Made by a program: the position numbers and the translations under genes. Shown here piece after piece: positions 23,376 to 41,023 of a stretch of DNA of 64,000 nt. Every line of letters starts with the position of its first letter. The first letter of the stretch is position 1. A model generated the notes under the pieces. It saw only the letters and a list, made by a program, of their open reading frames with translations, was not told the origin of the DNA and searched no databases. Source of the DNA: Guillardia theta CCMP2712 (Eukaryota; Protista; Cryptophyta); the NCBI RefSeq assembly GCF_000315625.1, contig NW_005434644.1:316973-380972 (forward strand). The letters are read 5' to 3'.

Positions 23376-25059
23376 TTACTCTTCTCTTCTCTGTCGTCCG
23401 ACCGAGCAGACTCTGCAGGCATCGACAAGTCCTTCCTTCGGGAGGAACCTGTGCGCACGAGCATGAGCGAGAGAGGAGGAGCACGAGGAGTGGATCGAGA
23501 GCATATCGAGCAACCCACCTCCAGCTGATCCAGGGCATTCCAGACTGAGCAGGTGCAGCGGAGGATCTTGCCCTGCAGCAGCGCTCGTCACTCTCACTTC
23601 CTCTCTCCTCGCCCAGACCTCTCGACTGACGGCACTGCGATGTCCTCCTCGAGCTCGGGGACCTGCTGCCTGCCGTCAGTCCAAGGGGTCGACCATAAAG
23701 TCAAAGACCTTGCGCGAGGACTACATGCTTCCAGGAGAAGGTGGCGTTTGAGTACTTGCTGAGGTTGGGAGCTTGACCTGCACAGATATGAGAGGAGAAG
23801 TAGTTGGGCAAGCAATCGATCCCCCTACCCGTCTTGACATCCGGCAGAGGGATGTCAAAGGGGACGGTGGGACTGAGTTGACGCTCCTTGTAGTACTTGA
23901 GGATCTGACGGCCTATGTCGTCAAGGACCTGCGGTCGCATGTGAGGGCATGAAAGGGGGGACAGAGAAAGCTGGAGAGGAGGGCCCACCTCGGTCCTGGG
24001 AGCCTCCATGGTGTGGATGATGTGGCCCTCTGAGTTCCTGCGGGTGTTGACCTCCTGGAAGTCCTATGCAGGGCGTGAGATTGACAAGGAGGGGGAAGGG
24101 GAGGGGAAGGAAGAGGAAGGACGGAAAGAACTGAGAGGGAGAAAGGATTTTCCAACCTTCTCCACTTTCTTCCACCAACCAGGTTCGCTGGCGAAACCGT
24201 AGAACTTGGCACTCAGCCAAACCACGCCTGCATCCATCGACTTGAGCTCGAACACAATCGACAAAATAGAGGTCACCAATCGCAATGGTCGGCGCGTCAT
24301 ACTCCAGCCACAAGGTGGTATACAAGCTGCAGAGCAGATGTCACGATTGACATACGAGACAAGTAGAGGAGTCGGCGATCTGGCATACCTGTTGTGAACG
24401 AAGCGAACAGCTATGTCCAGAATCTCCTCTCCATGTTCAGACAACTCGAACACTGAATCTTCTTCTTGAGACTGCTTTGGGAGCTCTGTGCCACAAAACA
24501 ATCGCACACAATAAGCAACTTGATTGTAAGCAACTGGTGCCTCAACAATCATGTCGAACTCAATCATTTGCAACACAAGTCGCTCGTATGCAAGTATTGT
24601 GTCTCTCAACATCAAGTCGTTCGAGTTCTCTAGGAGGTCGGCTGTAGCATTCCTATCTTCACGAAGACATTTGATTACAGCTGCGATCTTCTTGGGATTG
24701 TCTTCAATCTTTCCTGCAAGGAACAAGCAAGAAATAGCGACAAACCTCCAGTCGAGGTTCTTGAATCGAGCAGGAAGGAATCCGTACCAATCTGCATCGT
24801 CCCATGAGGCAGGTTTTGTTGCATTGAAGCCATTTCGAGCATAGAAGCGGTTGAACAGAACGCATGCACAGGCACGAGCAGGGCGGAACATGTTGAGCCC
24901 TTCACTCATGCGATCGATCAGGTCGCAGCCATGCCATCGATACATGTCGACTTTGTTCTGATCCATGCCATGAACTGTGCGATGCATCTCTTGAAGATGT
25001 TTCTTGGTGAGCAGGCGAGCCTGACGCGTCTGGGGATCCAACCAAGACATCGTCGTCAT
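23376..25059 (-). CDS. Transcriptional cyclin (cyclin K/T/L family), multi-exon
   Basis: ACVLFNRFY, VAISCLFLAGKIEDNPKKI, ILAYERLVLQMIEFDMIV. Ends approximate. Confidence 0.85.
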
Positions 25060-25664
25060 CTTGATGTGCCCAACTTGCTGAGAATAAGCCGGTAACTGAC
25101 TTACTCAACCTATCAATAGAAGTCAGCAGGCTCTACCTTCGAAAGAAGAGCAGAATCGAAACAACCACCGCTGTGCCATGTTGCTGTCGTCTCATTCACC
25201 ATCCGACCCTCCTCTCTTCTCCTATCCCCTCCTCTCATATCTCATCTCATCCTCCTTTCCTCTTTGCTCTTCTTCCCCTCACACGCATCACATCTTATCT
25301 GATCCCATCCTGCTCACCCTACTCGCCATCCAACCCGCTTCCTCTTGCCTGCTCCATTCCTACCACGAAACAAATTTTCGACCAACACCCCAAGATGGTT
25401 TCAAAATCAGGTGTTTAATTTCAAATATTGAATTAAGTATAATGCCAAGGTTCCAATCTCGAACTGTGGTGGGATCAAGACCATGGTTTTCTGCGGTGAT
25501 AGTCCTCCTCCTCCTCCTCCTCCTCCTCCTCCTCCTCCTCCATTATCGCAACTCATCAACCCCATCATCGCTTACACTTGAAGTGACTGAGACTGCTCAA
25601 GGAGGGGGCAAGGACAGGTGTGGGCTAGCCTGAGCTCCCGCACTTCACGAGCCGAGGCATCAGG

Positions 25665-26294
25665 ATGGTAAACTCTTATGCCATACACGTTGCAAGGGCA
25701 ACTGACATGCTCTCTGCGAAATCTTTGATGTTGAAGCCAGTGAGCAAGACCATCGTCAAGAAGGGAAACGGTGCCGAGGTGATGTAGACAACGCATCTTG
25801 CGACAGCTGTTGTGAACTTGCCCATGCCAATTCCAACATTGCAGGTCTCCCGTGGGCAATATGTTACCGTTCACTGCAAAGGATCTTTTCAGAACGGGGT
25901 CGTGTTTTGGGACACCAAAGACCCTATGTACGATGTGTTCGAATTCCAAGTGGGGAAGCAGCAGGTCATTCAAAATTGTCTCGTTCGGCATGGTTTCATG
26001 CCTCCCAGGTGATCAAAGGCTGGGACGAAGCGATACCCGGCATGCGAGTGGGGGAGGTAGAGTGAAGCAGGAGGCTGTGCATGAGGATCATGGACTTGAC
26101 TTGTGCACTGAAGATCGCGACCATCACTTGTGGCCCCGACACAGCATATGGATCCCAGGGGTTTGAGGCCTGGGGTGAACGCGCTGCTATCCTCAGGGCA
26201 GGAGAGCTTTGACACGTCTGCAGGAATTCCCCCGCATGCAACTTTGGTATTTGAGATTGAAATAGTTGCATGCCGCGAGCAACGATACTTGTGA
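25665..26294 (+). CDS. FKBP12-type peptidyl-prolyl isomerase (multi-exon)
   Basis: Spliced: KTIVKKGNGAE-VSRGQYVTVHCKGSFQNGVVFWDTK...FEFQVGKQQ-VIKGWDEAIPGMRVGE-IATITCGPDTAYGSQGFEAWG-IPPHATLVFEIEIV. Confidence 0.92.
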
Positions 26295-26495
26295 AAGACC
26301 CTGATGAAAACAACAATGAAAGAGGGAACAGGGGCAACGGCCCACCCCGGTTATGATTACAAACTCGTATCATCTCCCTCGGCGGAATAGTAGTTGGAAT
26401 AGTTTTCGAGAATTTTAGGATCATTGAATAAAATAGAATACATCTTAGGTTTATCAAGCTAATATCAACAATTACTTGAGGACAAATGAAACAAT

Positions 26496-26933
26496 TTACA
26501 TGGTACACGTCGGCTGATCATTCAGCAACATCATACAGCAAGTGTGAGCCGATCCACAAAATGCACAGCCCATCCCGGCCATGAAGTTTCTCCATCTCCT
26601 TAACTCTTGCAGATCCATCGCGCACAGGCCTAACAGCAGGGAAGACAGGAGGAGCGACACATTGATGAAATCCTGCTGAATGAGCTCCATTGACGGTGCA
26701 ACATTGTTTTGATCTTGAGAGTTTGCAGCTGTTCTACTGCTAATGTTGTGTATACCTCCGGCCCAATACGCACAAAGCAGTGGGAAAAGAATCATCAAAG
26801 ATAGCAGCAAGCATGAAGCACTTTTGCTTTCAGGCGTTGCCTGCATTGGAGCAGGAAGTGGAGTTAAAGCGTAGCCATTTTGAAATAGAAAGGAAATGAG
26901 AAGGAGAGAATAGGCCTTCCGATGTACCAGCAT
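26496..26933 (-). CDS. Hypothetical small membrane protein
   Basis: 145-aa ORF with a signal-like N-terminus and two hydrophobic stretches; no recognised motif. Confidence 0.3.
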   Translation of the reverse strand: MLVHRKAYSLLLISFLFQNGYALTPLPAPMQATPESKSASCLLLSLMILFPLLCAYWAGGIHNISSRTAANSQDQNNVAPSMELIQQDFINVSLLLSSLLLGLCAMDLQELRRWRNFMAGMGCAFCGSAHTCCMMLLNDQPTCTM

Positions 26934-27869
26934 AGATAGTTAATGCCAAAACAGACTCTTCAAGGAGCTTTATCAACTTGAGCAAATCTGCAAAAACAAT
27001 CAGCAGTATGTTGCACAACTTCAAGTCTTCTTGCCATCATCTGACCATCTCGAAAATTCATCAGAAAAATCCTGACACTATCTTACAATATATCTCCTCA
27101 TCCTATTCCTCACATGAACACAAGTATACTAACAAGAGCCTGTCATTTCCTTGCCGCCCTTTGTCCTGACTGCGGCGCTTCAAATACACAGGGCGGATAA
27201 AGTAGGGCGCAACTCACGTCTGGTAGAATGACGATGTAACACTTCCATACAAGTATTATTAAAATGCATCTATTCCTGGTACTCACAGGAAGAACCAACC
27301 AATGTGAAGGTTTTTTATGTATTTGGGTAGGGTAGGGTCATCATGGGGGCTAACCTTGTTTTTTTCGTGCATCGACATCGCTTTTACTAGGTGGTTCTCG
27401 CTGCGGCCCATCCGATCGGGCCCGCCGGGTCGGATCGCGGGGTGCCACATGGACTGAATGAACAATAATGTAGAGCTATGGGATCTCAGTACCAATTACT
27501 CCTTCTTTTTACTCAAAGTTAAGTTAAAAATTATTAGGAGGGCATTTATTGGTCATTTTTAAGGGAATTATAACACTTTTAAACTCGGATTTCCCCAACT
27601 CCTCAGATTCTAGATCTTATGCACAGCCGGCGGCGCAGCGTCCCGCATGCTGCTCTGACTTGTCATGCGCCTCGGCCCAGGGTTGTCGCCTAGAAACCTG
27701 CCAAAGTTTACACTCTCTTTGCTGCTGCCCCTTTCTTGTGCGAGTGTGAAATCGTGGAAATTTCGTGCACAATTCTAACACGCTGCTTTCGCAGGGTATT
27801 CATTCCATTGAGTGCCGACGCCTCTTTAGCGACAGAGCACTTCTGTGTCTGCGCTCAACGAATCCAAGA

Positions 27870-29162
27870 ATGGATCTTATTCCTAGAACTTCAACCTTGA
27901 AGCGGGACATGGCTTGTGTCCCCTGCAAGAAGAGCAAGATCAAGTGTGACTCCGGGCGCCCCTGTCGACGATGTTTACTCAAAGGAATACCGGAAGAATG
28001 TGTAAATCAGCCATCGGTTCCGGCCGAAATCGTTCCAGGAATAGTGAAGGCCCCGGCATGCGAGCGCTGCCATAGATTGAAGGCCAAGTGCGATGGTCTT
28101 CGACCGTGCATGCGGTGCATGCAGCAAAATGTGGGTGTGGAATGTAGAGACAGGGAGAAGAACCGAGACTACAGCAGTCAGCCTTCAATTCTGTTCGATC
28201 TGAGCAGTTCTTCCTCAGATGACCTTGGGGAGATCGAACGACCCATTGAGTTTTCTTACGATCCCTTTGAGCGCACGGATATATCAGCCGGGTTCTCAGG
28301 ACGTTACTCCTCGTTCCTTCCCAATCTCCTTAGGATTGTTTGGGAAAATCAAGGCGTGTCGGTCGCTGGAGCGGAGAAAATATACACGAACCTTCCGACC
28401 AGCGTCCAGAAAAATTTACATCTGTACCTTGGAGCTTTGGAATATGTACTTGATAGGTCGAGGGGAGAGCAAGGTAACGCGCATACCATTGTTCCTGTTC
28501 GACTGGATGGTTGGCAAAAGTCTGTACGGTGCGGGTTTCAAGCAATCGCCATGGACTCGAGCACAAGCAAGTGGGCAACATGTGCTGTCAACGAGTGGCT
28601 GGCGGAGTTTGCAGGTGTACACAGAGAAGAGATGCTAGCGCGCATGGCGAACCAGAACATGCAGCTTGCTTCGACAGAGCTGCGACAGCTCTGCGGTCAC
28701 CTGATGTTCTTGATCCACATGTCGCAGTATGCATTGGGGAACAAGAAGGTGAATTGCAGCGACAAGACCTACTTTTACTCGAGATGGAACAAGAACTTTG
28801 CGATTGATGAGAACCCGGAGGGAGTCCTCATGAGAGCTTGCTTCACTCTGCACGCAGATGACGATGGCAACGTGACTGGGCTGACTCGTTCGATTGTGGC
28901 AATCTCCGAAGAAGAGTACAACCTCGCTCTCGATACGATGCCTGTTGCTTGCGAATACTTTGTCTCTCAAATCGTGGGCAAGAAGTACGGGAAAGAGCTT
29001 ATGTCGAGAAAGCTGGTCAATGATGAGAAGATAGAGACCATAGCTTCGGATCCACAGGGCTTCAAGAATCTTGAAATCTTGAACGACATCATGGATCGCC
29101 ATCTTCGACACGTTCTCTCAGCTGCAATTGCTCAAGGATTCGAGTTTTCCGATTATCCATGA
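27870..29162 (+). CDS. Zn(II)2Cys6 transcription factor with two zinc clusters
   Basis: ACVPCKKSKIKCDSGRPCRRCLLKGIPEEC and ACERCHRLKAKCDGLRPCMRCMQQNVGVEC; intronless; first ATG at 27870. Confidence 0.9.
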   Translation: MDLIPRTSTLKRDMACVPCKKSKIKCDSGRPCRRCLLKGIPEECVNQPSVPAEIVPGIVKAPACERCHRLKAKCDGLRPCMRCMQQNVGVECRDREKNRDYSSQPSILFDLSSSSSDDLGEIERPIEFSYDPFERTDISAGFSGRYSSFLPNLLRIVWENQGVSVAGAEKIYTNLPTSVQKNLHLYLGALEYVLDRSRGEQGNAHTIVPVRLDGWQKSVRCGFQAIAMDSSTSKWATCAVNEWLAEFAGVHREEMLARMANQNMQLASTELRQLCGHLMFLIHMSQYALGNKKVNCSDKTYFYSRWNKNFAIDENPEGVLMRACFTLHADDDGNVTGLTRSIVAISEEEYNLALDTMPVACEYFVSQIVGKKYGKELMSRKLVNDEKIETIASDPQGFKNLEILNDIMDRHLRHVLSAAIAQGFEFSDYP

Positions 29163-29517
29163 TGAGACTGTTTGATCTTGTCATGAGGTTTTTGTGAATT
29201 TTGATAGTGAGGGAATTGTGGCAAGCATTTGTTTTGATTTTGGGCCGCTCCGAGGATGAGATACTCTGCCGTTTCTGGTGTTTTCCTTCAGAATTTTGGG
29301 TTTGTCCGATTTATTTTTGAGAGGCAGTTTTTAAAACGACTTTCCCTCTTTCGTTTACAATTCTCTGCAGTGTGAATATACCATTAAATGAAAATTGTCA
29401 ATCATGAGTGATTTTCCACCAGCTCAATCATTTATTCCCCTCCAGCCATTTCCATGGTCAAGCACGACAGGAAAGAAGAGTTTCGTCTGCAATCAGAAGT
29501 TTGCGGGCTTCCGGGGC

Positions 29518-30432
29518 TCATCCAACGAACTGGCGGATCTCAGTAGCTGGAGGCTTCCAACCCTGCGGCGTTGGGCCATCGAAGAAGACATGCTCGCACA
29601 AAGACTTGATCTTAGGAGCGAGCATCGCGCCTGCGCAGCTTGTCAGGGATTCACGGATGGCCGTTGCGCAGGACTCGCCTTCAGCTCTCTCCACAACCTC
29701 CCCATCCTTGACGAAGAAAAGGGTTGGGAGTGCAAACGCCTGAGAAGTGAAACAGCATCGTCAGCCTAAGGGAACAGGAGGGTAGAGGGACTGGACCTGA
29801 AGCTTGGTTGTCAGAGCCTTGTTCTCCGATGACTCCTCGGCGTCGATCTTGACGAACTTGATCTTGGATGCGTACTCCTCGGCAACTTTGTCGAGCTGGG
29901 GAGCAATCAGCCTGCAAGGAGCGCAATCCGGCGTGAAGAAGTCAACCACCATGAGCCCTGAATGTGTCTGCCGTGGTAGCCGTTACAACAGGAGCAGGTA
30001 GGAGGGGCGAGAGCATCGTGACAGGACAAGAGCATCGAGACAGGAGGCAATCTTTTGGTATCAGTCACAATGTTCACAAGTGAGTTTGTCTTGAGCAGCT
30101 GGATGATCGAGCGAGCATTACACATTCACGGTCATTACAACCTTCATTTCCTCCACAAGACGGGTGGCATCCACTTTCTCCACGGCGCCCATTCGCAACA
30201 TCGCCGAGCTGATCAGGTTCCTAGCCACTGGTCGAGATGACTGCAACGGCTTCATCGAGGTCCTCAGCATTCCCGGCCTTGTCGCGCTAGGGCGCAAAGT
30301 CGAAATCCCGCATGGTCCGAAGGCAGTGAAGGCGTCGGCCTGTGCGATGAGGGAAAGGAGAAGCAGCGTGCAGACGAGGGATCGGTGTGCTCTCTTGATA
30401 TCTGCATGGAAACCCTCGGCATATCCCGCCAT
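29518..30432 (-). CDS. Plastid-targeted thioredoxin-like protein (multi-exon)
   Basis: Signal LVCTLLLLSLIAQADA-F plus Ser/Arg-rich transit peptide; MVVDFFTPDCAPCRLIAPQLDKVAEEYASKIKFVKIDA; PTLFFVKDGEVVERAEG. Confidence 0.85.
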
Positions 30433-30875
30433 CCCTCCCGTCACGTCGCCTCCTACTGCCCTCCTGTTCCCTTGCGCTGCCCCGACCATCGTCCTTACAA
30501 GGGCCTTTCGGTGTAAACCGAATCGACTCAGAAGCACATTTGGTCTTAATCGATTTAAGTCGAAAGCTGACTCAAATCGAATCAATGCACAGGAACAGTT
30601 AGTTCAGCATGGCCGCAGGATTCTAGGACATGGGCAGGGACATGGGAGGGGAGGGCAGGAGGGGGAGGAGGAGATGAGAGGATGCGTAGCGCAGGAGGAG
30701 GAGCGGAGGAGGAGAGGAGGGGGTTTGGGCTCAGCAGGAGAAGGAGTAGGACTAGTAGGAGGGTAGCTGGAATCTTTGGTGGGCATGCATAACGCGGGTG
30801 GGACCTCGCTCGAGAAGCCGAGCCAGGAGGAGGGCAGTTGAGCTTACAGCGCGATAAGGTCGAACTCCTGACAAC

Positions 30876-36132
<5,257 letters not shown>

Positions 36133-36187
36133 GCTGCACAGCAAGCTTACATGTCACATTATGTTTATCGTTAGAGCAAAGTACACG

Positions 36188-39100
36188 TCATATCAAGAAT
36201 CTCTCATCGACCAGCGTCTTGATGGCCACATTCTTGCTGCCAAAGTGAGACCTCAGCTTCACCACAACCATCGACGTCCCGTACGTGAAGAGAGCAGCGA
36301 AATATACATTCTGGAAGATGAGGTCCCACGTTATGAGGACGAGGAAGTCAAAAATGAGCAGCTGCCACTCGATGCCGTACAGGAGGACCCGAGAGAAGTT
36401 GTTGTTGTTGTCCCGGAGCAGCACCGTGTGCTCGCGCACAGTGCGGGGGGGGAAGCCGAAGATCTTGTGAGCTAGGCTTGGTTCAAGGATCTCACACTTG
36501 CTGTCGGGGGCCTCGATGTCACCGACGAAGTTGACCTGGAGGTACTCGTTGATCTGATGGTGGGCCTTGCACATGGTGACGACACGGTTGCGCTGGTCTG
36601 CGGTCCTTCCTCCTCGAGCTGCAACGCCTCCAGTGGGGAAAAATGAGCTCCGCTTCTGCTGGTAGTTTTCCCTTAGCTTGTCGGTGATGTACATCTCAAA
36701 GACCTGCGAGAGTTCAGGTTAGCCGATTCAAGAGTCTCTGTGCTCAGAGCCACCTGGTCCGAATTCCCCCGCAGCTCCTCCTGGCTCTTGTTCGTCAACC
36801 CCCTTGATGGTGCTTTCCCTTGATTTTCCTCCTGAGCACGTAGTTACAGTCATACAAAGCTCTTCTGTGACTGGCAGGGGTTCAAAGTACCTCGAAATTC
36901 GTTTGCATCTTCAGCATGTTCACGTCCGTGTGAGCGTGGACCGATCGACCGTGTATATAATATCCGTGGAGATATTCGTCCAGGATGAAAGTTGAGATGT
37001 TTGAAAGCTGGAGTAAGAATTCCATCAGTTGGAGGCCAGGATGAGAAGAGAACTTCAACAAACCTGACAGAGGTCAGCAAAAGTGTCGAGCGGGTCCTGC
37101 GCAAGGAATTCAGCGAGGCCAAGATAGTTTAGATCTCTATACCTGAAGGAAGTGATACATCAACTTCACTACAACTAGCTGCAGAGTTGCAATCGTCAAG
37201 CGACCGGACTCGCTAGCACATTCGTATAAATGCAAATCTACCTGGAAGATGACGACGATAGCATACCAAATGAAGTAGACAAAGAATCGCAGGGCAATAT
37301 TAGGTTGCGTGGTGCTCAGGTTTTGCACATCGGGCTGAACAAGAATGAGATGGGAGTCAACAAAAAACTGTCAGAACAACCTGTGGAGAGTCAAGGTTCT
37401 GGAGATTTAGACCTGGGGCATCAATCAGCCTCGGCAACAAAAATTCAGAGACAGGATACCTGCCATGAAAAACAGCACAAACATGAGCGTGAACTCAATG
37501 CTTGTATGACGACATTCTTGCATCTCACACCACTCATTTGCCATGAAGATTGTCCTCCAGACACTGACATTCGGAAGTTCAGCTGCTTCACCCGGGTTAG
37601 TGCTGCTTGTTCTATCCGACGTTCGTTCCTTCTCCCAGTCGATGAAGAAAATGTCCACATTGCATTGCTCGTATATCAGTAAACCAATCTGCAACACTTT
37701 GCAAACAACAGCAGCAATGACAATCGAGAGATACTCCAGAGGGGGGTTGTCTGTAGGCAACATTTCCTTGACCACCGCCTGGAGTTTGTAAAAGCAGAAC
37801 CAATACGCGGTCATGACCACTAGCCACCAAAAGTAGAAATCTCCAACAACACCAACCACATCCGACGCCATTCCAGACAAGGTCACAGAAGTCGATTGGT
37901 TTCGAATCGAGAACTTGAGACCAAGGTATATCACCATTACAATATTGTAGACGATGAACAAAATCATCATCGTTCTCCAGTAAGAGGACAAGTCTTTTGA
38001 GTATGTTGATGAGAAGGAAACCTTGGGGTATCTCAAAGACTGGCCTGCAGATGTTTTGGAAATATAGCCTTGAGGAATGGTAGATGTGACCTGTTGCTGA
38101 TACTGGATGACCAAGACAGGAGGGTATATCCTCATTGCTTCGTCAACGGTGGTCGAGGGATTGTCTTGCTGGAGCCTAACCCTGAGCTGGATTTGCTTAG
38201 CCCACCGCACAACCACCATATTCGAGGTGGATCCTGCCGAACTTTGGGTTGTTGTTGTATCAGGGATTTTCTTCCCGCTCAAGTTATCCCACAAAAAGAA
38301 CCGTCTGTGTAGCACGACTGTATCGAGGAGATCCCACACCGAAGTTCCCGATAACACAGCTTGATTAGGCTTGGTGGATCCCTCTTGGTAATTTGTGATC
38401 ACAATTGGTATTGGGAAAAGGTGAATTCCGTCAGTCCTCAAATTTCCCAGCTTGTCATAAGCATCATCCACCCAAGCCTCATAAAATACAGGCTCCCCAT
38501 ATGTATTGATAACATTCAAAAGGTCGATGGTACAGTCCTTGTAGTCATTATTACCAATCCTCGTAAATTCCAAAGCTATTCTCTCATCCCCTTTGCAAAG
38601 TAGAAGTTGAGAAGTCAAATCCTGAAACCCAAGAAAAGTGCCGTTCAAAGCATATACCGATAATGTAATGTTGAGAAACGAAAGCGGCCCGGACAAAGCA
38701 ACTTGCCGATTGATTGCTGTATCAAGCAAAACAGTTCGAGATGTGTCCTCATAAAACAGCCATGGATAGTAGGCTTGCCATCCATTGAAACCATGCACCT
38801 TGCTTATAGTAGATGCGCTTACATAGGTCTGAAAAGTGGCACACGATGGTGCAGTGGTGTCAAACAATTGCAAAGTGCACAGGTTTGCTAACGTTTGACA
38901 AGCCTCCCATTTCTGATTATTCTGGCACTGGACTGCGGCTTGCAAGAAATATTTGAGAAATGGCTGACTTTTTGCTACACTCATTGATGTGGTGATCGAT
39001 CCATCCACATCAATTACATCATTGAAGGTCTGCTGTCCGTATTGAGAAGGTGTATACTTCACTTGGCTTACTTGACTGCTTTGCAAGCAGACATTGAGGC

Positions 39101-39767
39101 CGACAAATGGAATGTCCTGCGCTATTGTTCCTGCAATCACATTCGAATCTCGGACGTAACCAGCTTTACATGTGCAGCTCCCGCTGTTAGAGTCTCGATA
39201 CATGTGCACATCCGGGCATTGCACACAAACGTATGGATTGCTGGATGCGACATAGGTATTCAGGGGACACAGCAAGCAAGATTTCCCTGTCTCAGATACC
39301 AACCCACTGCTGTTGTAGTCCGTGATGATGTAGCCCGTCGGGCAAGTACACTTCCCTCCAGCGCTGGTCGGTCTAGTGGAGTTGTAGCAAGATGCCGCAA
39401 GCACACTCGAGACGTTCACAGTCACTGATGCTGAACATCTGCCGCACGTGTTCCCATCTTGCGACAGGACCAAGCCCGAAGCTGCGCAGTCAAGACAGAG
39501 AGAAGTGCTGGTTGGGTCGGACCTATAGTTGGGAGGGCAGACGCACCCATAGCCATCGCTGGATGCGATCTTCGCACCTTCACATGTCTCGCAGGATAGG
39601 AGGGGAACGCTGAAGAAAGAAGTCTTTGAGTTTGAGGAACAGGATGAAGGAGCGACTTTTAGCAAGGCCTGAGTGGACAGGTCCGTCGTCTGCGAGCTGC
39701 AGGTTGCAGCGAACAGACCCAGAACAATCAGTGGCAATCGAAGTGGAACTCGAGTGAGAATACACAT
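36188..39767 (-). CDS. TMEM67: Meckelin (ciliary transition-zone membrane protein)
   Basis: Signal peptide, Cys-rich ectodomain, ACQTLANLCTL, RRFFLWDNLSG, QCNVDIFFIDWEK, VSVWRTIFMANEWCEMQ, and C-terminal KNVAIKTLVDERFLI* typical of MKS3. Confidence 0.93.
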
Positions 39768-41023
39768 CCTCCTGAAGAATCTTCACTCACTATCCGTTCG
39801 ATCCCGCCGACAACACATTGCTGCACCTGCAAACGCTTCAGCACACCCAGGACATGGTAAAACACCGACAAGCAACATCAAACATGAAAAGATTTCCAGC
39901 CTCCTACCCCACCTCTTCTCACCCCATCCGCTGCTCTTTTCTCAACTCTCAGCATAACTTAGTATCCTTTCCTGTCCTCTGGCGCTCATCCCCCCCCTGT
40001 CCCCTCGCACCCAGTCGCTTTTTTCGCGCCATTTTCTCTTTGAGGGGTAGAGCTAGACCGTCCACCACCACCCTCTTCTCTTCCCATCGAACTACCCTCC
40101 CTAAAATATCACCCCAGAAAAGACTATGGAATGAAGGGGTACTCGAAAGAATATGTCGGTTGGTAGGGGATGAGGGCGCCTTGGCCCCTCATACAGGATT
40201 TGAACCTTGCGCACTGCCATGCGCAGAGCAATTGGGAGTACCCCATGAAAATATTTCAAAATACCTATTTCATGTTTTCAATATTTGAAATATTGGTGAT
40301 TGAATTTCACCTGCGCCATGAAACAGTTTGTAAGTTGCAGGAACTAAAATATGAGGCTGCGTCATGTTTCGAAACCAAACGAAACGAAAAGGCAAAGAAG
40401 GGAAGGGTGGTGGAGAGGAGAGGATGAGTAGAGAAGAAGGCAGTATGATAGGACAGGAGGTTAGAAGATGCTTGCATGACAAGGGAAGAAGATTTCAAGA
40501 TGGAGAAGATGATCGTGCAACCGGCGAGGTGTGATTGTGGAGAACAAGGCAGTGCAATCAAAGTTCAGGAAAGTACGACAAGGGTACGAGACACGAGAAG
40601 CATAGGTCGACTGAACGAACATCAAACTACGACATTGTGACTAGTCCGTAGTAGAGAGAGGAGAGGCCCCGCCCCTTCGAGGATGACAAACTTGATGTTG
40701 GTTCGTGAGGACCAGGGAGTACTTGTCTTGGTTGAAATAGCCAAGAGCTCGTGCTAGGATCTTCTGCAGTCTACTGAGACTCGCGCTGTGCTGTCGATGA
40801 CTTGTAAGCTCGCTAACTCTCTGTGCAGTTTTGCCCCGAAACCAGCGACTATGGCACTCTAACTGTACAAATGCCATGCTGAAGTTGGTCCGGTGAAACC
40901 TTGGGAGTGAAACAAAGGTTGCCTGCCGGGCCTCAACCGATCTCTTCCTGTTGCCTGTGAGTAGGACAAGTACAAGAGCAGACCTGAGGATCTTGTGCTC
41001 TAACGGGGAGAGAGGATACCAGG

